A stretch of DNA of 32,000 nt from an archaeon (GTDB taxonomy: Archaea > Iainarchaeota > Iainarchaeia > Iainarchaeales > 1-14-0-10-31-34), in assembly GCA_024277355.1 (NCBI GenBank), contig JAJRVL010000001.1, positions 90,001-122,000 on the forward strand, written 5' to 3'. Shown piece by piece: positions 9,501-16,100 of this stretch (positions are counted from its first letter, which is position 1; every line of letters begins with the position of its first letter). The notes under the pieces were generated by a model. The model was not told the DNA's origin. It saw only the letters and a program-made list of their open reading frames with translations, and ran no database searches. The position numbers and the translations under genes were made by a program.

Positions 9501-10750
9501 AAGAATTAGGGAAAAATAAGACAATAGGATTAATTGGTTATGGAGTTGGAGCATTAGGGGGTTGTATAGGAGCAGGAGCATTAACCGGAGGATTTGGATG
9601 GCTTGACTGTATTTTAAATGCAGGAATTCCAACAGCAATTGGTGCTTTTTCTGACAGAGGATCAGTTTATGATACAGCAAAAACTGGTTATCAAAACGCA
9701 TTAGCTTCAGTCGGAGTAGGTAAAGTAGAATTAAATCAAATAAGAGAAGAAACTTCTGATTTAACTGACCCTCAGTTTTTCGGAGAACTTGAATTAATGA
9801 CTGCAATGACCAGAGGAGCACAAGAAACAGTTAAATTAGTTCTTCCAGTAAAAGAAGAAGCAAAAGTTGCAGCCCAAGCTGCAAAAGATTTAGCTTCAAG
9901 TGGCTCAAAAGAATTACTTGATGAACTTACATCAATAAATACAGATGTAAAAAGTTTTAATAACGCAAGAAAATTATTAAGCCAGTCTGAAATAACTGAA
10001 ATAGGAACTTTTCCTCCAGGCACAAAAGTAAGAGTAACAGCTATAAGAACAGCTGATGTTGGCGGACTAAAATTTATTAGAACTACAAGTGCTACCAACC
10101 CTTTACTAGTGGAGGGAACAACCACATTCCCTGGATTCCAAGATAAATATGATGATTTAATTAAATCCTTTAAAACAGCTAAAATTGGAAATAGGACAAT
10201 CCCAGGAATAGATAGTTTAATTGATGAATCATTTAAGACCACTGGAAAAAAACCAGTGTCTGTTTTGAATGACTTAGCTTCAGACCCTGATAGAGGATTA
10301 CTAAAAAGAATTGATGATTGGGGAGCAAAAGTTGATCAAGTAGCAGTTGATACTCCTGAAGGAAAAATATTGAAAGCAGTAAAAGAAACATTTGTTGAAA
10401 ACGCAGGAGACGACATAAGTTATGGCGGAAAACCAATAAGGCAAACAGGAATAACAAAACTTAAAGGTACAACTAAAATTCCAAGCATTTTATCTGATGC
10501 AAAAGCTTTTTCAACTAAAGGAAAAATTTTATCTTTCCTTGAAAGAAATCCAAGACTAAAAGCATTAGGAAAAGGAATAGTTATTTCTGGAGGCGGAGCA
10601 ATGTTAGGAGGAATGGCTGGCTGGATGTTAGCTAATGCTTTCTTAGGAGACTTTGAAGAAATCCCAGAAGCTCAAGCAGACGTTTCAGCAATAACTTTTA
10701 GAAAAGGATTTACTTATGAAGTTAAAGTAGGAAAAAACCAGACAGGATAA
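3536..10750 (+). CDS. Giant membrane-anchored surface protein, paralog 1 (GP1, 2404 aa)
   Basis: Uninterrupted 7.2-kb ORF. GAAAGG lies 8 nt upstream of the ATG. It has the conserved N-terminal motif plus a TM helix (IYSALENKFFGFFDFLEEKGIPVY...DKGIPFFPLTIALIVLLLVSAFGF), then beta-sandwich repeats, a GGLHFRTG module, Ig-like modules carrying L.NNC / I.NNC strands, a Cys-rich YCDESG...YCDAEE region and two Gly-rich hydrophobic segments near the C-terminus. Confidence 0.95.
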   Translation: MISEKLGGIYSALENKFFGFFDFLEEKGIPVYSVIEPIEDKGIPFFPLTIALIVLLLVSAFGFASAGPFEAKIELNLKDSYGNPLTQVKVLVKDKTGQNLFSETKNHGDMISINASAGTELFFTAEKQGYEKNTAKIKVINESSEIELTLKKLINTIKGKIKFYDKETDTAVSGVVVLIDWKERKEEKTADTSGLVEFLDIPLEEDILITAKSDSYYEYSGIINFESEETKSVYLTPKEIAFAGESNLIITLFEKETGKLLENAKIKVYSDNELIDEKIVSDGVYSENFPKGIVVRFTAEKDGFKLFESDEFTLRSEEENAGSIELETGGKEVIIKVVYSDTKNPSVGAEVTLFNSQNEIINSFFTLYEGQTEFKGLGEEEYFIGAVKEGYLPAIKRIENGTETLELIKENENNSKPLTVLTINENEKVIENASLFFTQIIEGIEIPLGLGIRKTDAAGKLNLNVPLNAEIYVKAVKDLLTGKEKILIGEYNNNLLIKMEKKDSVKSIKFFDEKGQIVQGNLVIKTKEGEVLFDDEITEEEILFDAGNKNFVEIELTTTNKTYSEEINLEGKKDIKLNFDSTVYSKNAPEIEFLGVYDISGNEIEGITKGKEYILKFKTDWSKKTEKGGLHFRTGNDSIKYADSEDIGITGFDAPAVNYFYGRTYSMTPSPGNKEIDYSNKGQGGKLNKFVEIYFNKPEGTKIIKIRIKASELISAEKIKVKFRGWTETKSGFSRTPIDEIIGTTKDSGERQGLYAETKEIELKVYDSEPECIEEVCAEYNIIDETGKVYDKKDFFALKNKVYALELNLEARKTIQANFKLNTSNENPRIAFTGKQVNSFSQFIDNDNSDTLTEFTETVSRKGTKIRVYFKAKEKGESFIDSRITTLKDSMQENFYFKIFEEKEMQLTIPETANQGKDFEIRILEEGTGIENAEISFYNSQGRLETVIIGNEFNGKNGRYKIKNNFKAGNYLVKITADKFKTEEKQISVIYGKGLELEEEVKLNIPANELFASKRTKINNSSGERIENLSYELNGNLPKEFKLSVNLPLTLNSGEETEIELIAEYSGNSNAVVFGETEIIITGTINEIPIKAITKAKINYNQKLDEKCLEFDRSELKEYLIGAGGNSKQIELGLKNNCNVPLEFELEFKSKGNKDNEIEFNAGKIRIEKDEIKNIKIGVINKIQRNYVNQIELDYDIYFKSSQLTKTIPAKIILWHERYSLSVSPSIVLWLTQSKKGEKAVSRTPIFIRNTGFTDIQNLSFSFQFTKPGNTELKILWGNTPQKNIEVLGKGMGLIPPMIVEAQTNTKENQIIIGKIIVNGVIEGKQYMLREINTFINVSSGWSCLEAWSDDMQFYSDNAEFGGIDKILNITNNCVEPVIIKGLEPEKIGGNEINLIDRDYMLSPGASDGFIVRLTKQAEANQKTKLKVIGIGQNSRKTINSMPFEIEIAIGKGSGLCGDGEEPCKAENETTVEYCDESGYATMYFPKQSSNCSEGYCDAEELGKFLAEKFQEEIRKAQLRIAELKSVENLGSKCDYYNNYCSFGAMGITTSSFEFYFKNDNLSQDMLKNEIKKLEVKELQNYFIRPGETENELYSSAGNSFGEHLLLVPSIRGCGRYQARILGATATHGNEFKDNSISLLLKIEPREETPECYNRIQNFMNFLPLNESYSPANNKGSWLGIIIKDEDPEIEELQRNFSRTLFKDEKGIRITTVKQNNFITLREGNFDSTKGIVKIAIERKGKSNTPKEIDIYITDDFFNAPEEVRNDIASEAGAIISSLKNGRIEKGCISKELDYLILGSVTDITEIANIQWKDKTKLINLYPDAYSCADLKLQSKIESPETVLSWNLVNEELQGIQKTETVLKYKDGREITNKGEEIIPLNRVEWTEEGNLYSFNSELCFKGSDNPRQAMGSKIKLNVEGLKERTLQFGVCAITPIEFIERSRTKTKIGKWFATVDWKNKPEELPFTSAQAQYYLDNPEQSPAFKRDKELGKNKTIGLIGYGVGALGGCIGAGALTGGFGWLDCILNAGIPTAIGAFSDRGSVYDTAKTGYQNALASVGVGKVELNQIREETSDLTDPQFFGELELMTAMTRGAQETVKLVLPVKEEAKVAAQAAKDLASSGSKELLDELTSINTDVKSFNNARKLLSQSEITEIGTFPPGTKVRVTAIRTADVGGLKFIRTTSATNPLLVEGTTTFPGFQDKYDDLIKSFKTAKIGNRTIPGIDSLIDESFKTTGKKPVSVLNDLASDPDRGLLKRIDDWGAKVDQVAVDTPEGKILKAVKETFVENAGDDISYGGKPIRQTGITKLKGTTKIPSILSDAKAFSTKGKILSFLERNPRLKALGKGIVISGGGAMLGGMAGWMLANAFLGDFEEIPEAQADVSAITFRKGFTYEVKVGKNQTG
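3740..5280 (+). other. Array of about 5-6 beta-sandwich repeats of roughly 90 aa in GP1 (carboxypeptidase-regulatory-like / PEGA-like pattern); approximate boundaries
   Basis: The recurrent pattern is 'I.L.V.D..G.PL..A.V.L' ... 'G.Y...A.K.GY/F'. Examples: LFFTAEKQGYEKNTAKIKV, VVRFTAEKDGFKLFESDEF, YFIGAVKEGYLPAIKRI. Confidence 0.5.
9524..9649 (+). other. Glycine-zipper-like hydrophobic segment inside GP1 (42 aa)
   Basis: IGLIGYGVGALGGCIGAGALTGGFGWLDCILNAGIPTAIGAF, with small-xxx-small spacing of Gly/Ala and no charged residue except one Asp. Confidence 0.55.
10574..10648 (+). other. Second Gly-rich hydrophobic segment near the GP1 C-terminus
   Basis: GIVISGGGAMLGGMAGWMLANAFLG. Confidence 0.5.
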
Positions 10751-10960
10751 CCAACATATAAATATTCAGAAGTTTCAACAGAAGAAATTCCATTAATTAA
10801 AAACGAACAAAGATTAGACACTGATGCATGTCAAAAAGAACTGCAAAAACTTGAATTAAATATTCAGGCAGAAGAAGAACCTGAAGCCTCTTAAAGAATA
10901 CCTAAAAAATATAAACTATAACCGACTAATATAATAGAATAATTTTTTGGGGAAAAAAAA

Positions 10961-12664
10961 ATGAATAAAAAAGGTTTTACTTTATTTACTGCTTTGGTTT
11001 CTTTTGTTTTAATTTTATTAAGTGCAATGTTAGTCCAGACAATGATTAAAGCTGAAAGAGACAGAACAGAAGTAATATCAAACATTGAAGAACAAGCAGA
11101 AATGCAGGCAATGGCAGACTTAACAAGAGCTGAAGCATTACAGACATTTAATTATACTATAAGAAAAAGAATGGAAGAATACTTCAGTAACCCAACAAAC
11201 ACAATTGAAATTTACCCGCAAGAAAATAATTTTCAGGAAATACAAGAAAAGTTTGCTGAAAGATTTTTTGGAGCAGGCGGAACAGGAGACCAGTTTATCA
11301 ACGATATGGCAGTAACAATAACAGAATCAATGCCTTCAACTAAATTTATTGGCCCATATGAAATTTCAGTTAAATTTAAAGGAACAGGAGTAACAGAACA
11401 AAAAGAAATTTTATTTGCTTCATTAAAAGAATTATTTAAAAAAAGCGTTGAAGCAGGAGAATTTTTTGAGGTTGTTAACTGTGAAAACGGAAACCCCCAA
11501 GACTGTTTAGGAACATTTTACCTTAATTTAGACACATCAGATTTAAGTGAAGAAACCTATGAATCTTTTCCGCAAATTAAAGTACATAATCCAAGAACTC
11601 AAAGAATTTTACAGGAATCAATTTTTCCTAAAGGAAAAATCAAAATATATGTCCCAATCAGATTATTTAAAGCAATAGCTGAAGCAAGAAGCCTTGCATT
11701 AGAATATGAAAAAGAAACAGGAAATTCATGGAAAACAAATTATGGATTATTTTCTCCAAGAATTCATAATGAAATAGAAGAAATGAAATTAGGAATATGC
11801 GATCCTTCTTACTGCAGTTTAAGAACTAATCCTTATGTTCCTCCTGAAAACAAAAACATGCAAATTCCCTGCCCTAATACAACTGGATTCCCAGTAGCTG
11901 AAATAAATTATCCTTCAGTTAAATGCACTACTGATTTATTAGAAAGAGGATTATGTTTTGATTCTTCAGGAAATCCAGTAGCAGTGGGAAGAAAAATTTT
12001 AAGTTATAGTCCAAATACAGCACCAAATACAACTGAAGAAAACCTATTTGATCCAAATAATCAGGGAAAAAAAATATCTGAATTAGCAGGAAAAAGATTA
12101 TGCAAATTAATTCAGGAAAATATTGCTACAGGAGATTACTTGGATTTTGATTCTGCTGATGATTTTATTTTAGGACAAGATGACAGTTATGCTTTTGTAT
12201 GCAATCTTTCAGACAGAAAAAAAGTTTCAATGTCAATTATTTCAACTACAAGAAATTCAGTTAAAGTGGATTTACAGGGAGCAGGTTCAGCAAGTCTTGA
12301 TCCAGGTTTTAATAGAAGATATAATGCAAACAATAATTATGGAGGAACAGCTTCTTGCCCGCAGAATTCTGCATCTAATTCATTATTGTGGGGAACTTAT
12401 GGAATAGGAATTAATGCAGATAATAAAATAATTCAAAAAACAAAAGATTCAGCTAGCTGTTTAGGTTTTCCTTTAGGAATAACTCCAAATTATGCAACTT
12501 GTTCTGAAGTAAGCAAAATAGCAATAAGAATTCCATTCAAAGAAACAAACAAAAATTATATTATTGACAAAACAAACAAACCAGTTTATGTAATTGAATT
12601 AATTGACGATAAGTTTACTCCTGATTCTTACACTGATGCATTTCATCAGACAACAAGATTTTAA
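10961..12664 (+). CDS. Large (567 aa) Cys-rich secreted protein with a type IV pilin-like (class III) N-terminal signal
   Basis: The N-terminus MNKKG|FTLFTALVSFVLILLSAMLVQTMI has basic residues, then Gly, then about 24 hydrophobic residues. This is the prepilin-peptidase substrate pattern, but there is no Glu at +5. The mature part has many Cys pairs (VVNCENGNPQDC, GICDPSYC, IPCPNTT...VKCTT...GLCF). TGGGG lies 8 nt upstream of the ATG. Confidence 0.8.
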   Translation: MNKKGFTLFTALVSFVLILLSAMLVQTMIKAERDRTEVISNIEEQAEMQAMADLTRAEALQTFNYTIRKRMEEYFSNPTNTIEIYPQENNFQEIQEKFAERFFGAGGTGDQFINDMAVTITESMPSTKFIGPYEISVKFKGTGVTEQKEILFASLKELFKKSVEAGEFFEVVNCENGNPQDCLGTFYLNLDTSDLSEETYESFPQIKVHNPRTQRILQESIFPKGKIKIYVPIRLFKAIAEARSLALEYEKETGNSWKTNYGLFSPRIHNEIEEMKLGICDPSYCSLRTNPYVPPENKNMQIPCPNTTGFPVAEINYPSVKCTTDLLERGLCFDSSGNPVAVGRKILSYSPNTAPNTTEENLFDPNNQGKKISELAGKRLCKLIQENIATGDYLDFDSADDFILGQDDSYAFVCNLSDRKKVSMSIISTTRNSVKVDLQGAGSASLDPGFNRRYNANNNYGGTASCPQNSASNSLLWGTYGIGINADNKIIQKTKDSASCLGFPLGITPNYATCSEVSKIAIRIPFKETNKNYIIDKTNKPVYVIELIDDKFTPDSYTDAFHQTTRF

Positions 12665-12805
12665 GTTAATAATTCAACTTGTGGTTTAGGAAGCGAAACT
12701 TCAAATTCATGCGATATTGACGAATGGACTTGTGAAAGTTTAGGTCCTTCAGGGGGAATGCCAGGCGGGGGAGATGATTCAGCAGGAGGCTGTAAAGTTC
12801 CTTAA

Positions 12806-13118
12806 AAAAAACAGGAAAATAAAAATAAAAAAATAACAGAAAAAAATAATCAATAAAACAAAAATGAAAAAAATAACAAAAGAAAAAAAACAATGAAATA
12901 AAAAAAATTACGTAAAAAAAAGAAAAAATTCAAGAAAAAAACGCAAAAAAACAATAAAAAAAGAAAAGAAAAAAAAATTAAATTACAAAAAAAGTTTGGA
13001 AGTTAATTCATTAAAAAAACCAATAGAAAACAGCAAAAACGCAAAGATATATAAACAAATAAATACACAAAAAATATAGCTAAATAAAATTAAACATAAT
13101 TTATTAAAGAGGGCTTAA
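12806..13118 (+). promoter_or_regulatory. About 310-bp strand-asymmetric, A-rich spacer with helically phased A-tracts upstream of GP2; putative curved-DNA/promoter region
   Basis: The + strand is almost T-free between about 12806 and 13020. A-tracts of 6-9 nt start at 12914, 12923, 12935, 12945, 12956, 12969 and 12987, giving spacings of 9-13 nt for the first six. The TATA-like sequence gatatataaac lies near 13046. AAGAGGG at 13107-13113 lies 5 nt before the ATG at 13119. Confidence 0.4.
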
Positions 13119-16100
13119 ATGGGTTTGAAAGAAGTTTATTCTGCAATAGAAACCAAATATTATAATTTCATGGATGCGATAGACGAAAAAGGAATTCCAG
13201 TGTATAAAGCAATTGATTTTGTTGAATCAAAAAGCATTCCTTCTTTTCCTTTAGCAGTTATTTTTTTTGTATTAATTTTATCAGGATTAATTTTAACTTT
13301 AAATGGCGGAAGCTTACTGCAGAATACAACTGAATTTGAATTAATGATAACAGATGGAACAACAGCAATACAAGGAACAACAATAAGTTATTTTTTAGGA
13401 GAAAAACAAATTACAGTTACAACTAATAATCAAGGAAAAGCAGTAATTGAAGTAACTCAAGGAAAAGAATTTTCAGTTACAGCAGAAAAAAATGGATTTA
13501 AAAAAATAACTAAAACTTTTGATGCAAAAGATGAAAAAGCAACACTTGTTTTAATTGCAGATATATTAAAGCCAATTAAAATCCAGTTATTAGGAAAAGG
13601 AAACGAATTATTAGAAGAAGAAATAAAAGTTTCTTTTACTTGTTCTGAAAATGACAAATGGAATGAAATAGTTTTATTTAACACAGGAACAACAAATTTA
13701 GCTGATGTTCCGGCAAACTGCGGAAAAATTTTAGCTGAACCAATAGGGAAAAAATGTTCAGACTGTGACTTTGATGCATATGATTCATTAATTAAAATTT
13801 ATTTAGAAGAAACCACAACAGAAAAAGGAACAATTAATTTTACTGTATTAGATGACAAAGGAAATTATGCTGAAGCAATACAAGTAATGGTTATTCCCAC
13901 AGGAAATTTAAAAGAAGAAGATTCATGCTATACTTTTAATGGTTTATGTGAAACAGAAGTCCCATTTGGAACTTATTATATTAGAGCAACGGATTCAACA
14001 GGAAAATTAAGAGATTATGATTCAAGAAAAGATACAATAACTATTACATTAAATTCAAATAACCAAAACATTGATTTTGAAGAAATAATTTTAGGACAAG
14101 GAGTAATTGGACAAATAAAAATTAAAATTAAAAGTGAAACAGGAAATTTAATTGAAGATGCATTAGTCAGATTATTTAAAGATAATTCTGAAATAAACCA
14201 GCAAAGAAGCAATACAGAAGGAGAAATAATATTTAATGTTGCAGAACAAATTGATTACACTGTTTCAGTTACTCATGCAAATTATTTGAATTCAGATGTA
14301 AAAACGGTTTCTCCAAAAAATGATTTTTATTCATTTTCATTAAAAGAAGCAACTTCTTCTAATAAAAGAAAAATTGAAGTAAACGTAGTAGACGAAAAAA
14401 ATGAAGCAGTAGAAAACACTAAAGTTTTCTTAAAAGATGCATTAACCGGAAGCATTGTAGGACAAGAAAAAGTAACTGGATTAGACGGAAAAGCTTCATT
14501 TGAAAGACTTCCAACAGGAAAATATATTTTAAGAGCAGAAAAAAGAGGCTTTGAAGGAAAAGATTCAAGAGTAATTGAAGTAAAAGAAAATGAATTAAAT
14601 GAAGTAACAATAAAATTAGATTTAGGACAGGGAAACCTTGACGTAATAGTTATAGATAAAGAAAAACAGCCAATTCAGTCAGCAACAATTAAAGTAATAG
14701 ATTATTTTACAGGAAAAGAAATTTTTGTTGATTCAACTGACACTGAAGGAAAAAAAAGCTTTAATATCAGAGCAGACAAAAAAGTTTATTTAGAAGTAAA
14801 TGAAAGTTCTCACTCTAATTATATTAGTGCACCGATTCAGATGTTTAATGGAACAGAAGAAAAAACAATTTTATTAGAAGATTCAATTAATTCTTTTGCA
14901 ATTAAATTAGAAGAATTAAGTTTAGAAGGACAGGAAGTAGAAAACATTACTGTTTCAGAAGGAAGAACTTATAAAGCTAAATTCAAATTAATGATTCCAA
15001 CAAATGTTTTTTCAAATAATGCAGGAGTTCATATCAGGACTGGCGCAGACACAAAAAACCAGAATAATACAATGGAAAAAGATGATTTATACATCAAAAA
15101 AGTTATTGCTTCAAATGCAAAAATAATTAAAGGAACAGCATTTAATCCAAATACAGGTTATGCAATTGACTCAAAGCATTTAACTTCAGGAAATGCAAAA
15201 TGGACAAACATAATATTTAATTCAGTTAAAGAAGGAACCTATGAAGTTGAAATAGTAATTCAGGTAAGAGAAACCTTAAACGGCAGTCCAATGGAATTAG
15301 CTTATAGAGCTTGGATTGAAAACAATGGATATCAAAGAGATCCATATGATTCAGAATTACAGGAAGCAGAAAGTTCAGCATTAAAACAAGCATTATATGC
15401 AAAAACAAGACATGAACCATTAAAGATTGGGGCATCAAGTTTATGTGCAGAAAATTTTTGTTCAAGCTTTACAATAAAAGATTTGCAGAATGCAGTAAGA
15501 ACAAATATAATTGATTCTTTTCCAGCAGAAATTTCAAGTAATTATGAATTAGAATTTAATATAATCAGCACAAGCGAAAAAACTTATTCTAATAGCGAAC
15601 TAATAATTAAAGGAAAAGGAATTGAATTAAATTCATATGAAATTCAAGGCACACAAAAAAATGCTGAAGGAGAAATCATAGTTAAAACAGGATTAATAGA
15701 AAAAGGACAAAAAATTTCAGGGACAATAAATTTCACAACAAAAAAAGAAGGAACAAACAGAATTGACTTAAGTTTGTTTGGAGAAAGTTCAACTTTAGGA
15801 AAAGAAAAAATATTATTTAAGCCTATAAGAGCTGAAGTAAAACATGCAAAAACAATGATTGTTTCAAATTCTCCTCAGAATTTAGTTCCATTTATTAAAA
15901 ATAATTTATTAGTAAGAATAACAGATGAAGAAGAAAATGAATTAAGTGAAGTAGAAATAAAAATAGAAAAGGACTTTGAATTAATTGCTTCAGGAAAAAC
16001 TGATTCAAAAGGAATTTTTGCTTTTGGGTTTGAAGCAATGAACCCAGGAACAAAAATAATTATTACTGCAGAAAAATACGGTTTTAATTCAGTTGAAAAA

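Noticed and set aside
10127-10138. PGF tripeptide (TTFPGFQDK) in GP1 as a possible PGF-CTERM archaeosortase signal
   Set aside because: It is not followed by a TM helix and basic tail, and it lies about 200 residues from the C-terminus. It is most likely a chance tripeptide.
12180-12407. 75-aa + strand ORF in an alternative frame inside the pilin-like gene
   Set aside because: It is out of frame within a well-supported longer ORF, has no ribosome-binding motif, and its composition is unremarkable.
12666-12893. 75-aa Phe-rich minus-strand ORF in the spacer after the pilin-like gene
   Set aside because: It is simply the complement of the poly-A-rich spacer (poly-Phe/Tyr) and overlaps the coding-looking + strand extension. 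There is nothing protein-like in the sequence.
12864-12896. 10-codon Lys-rich mini-ORF (MKKITKEKKQ) in the A-rich spacer
   Set aside because: It is too short, has no ribosome-binding motif, and is just what poly-A-rich sequence yields after any ATG.
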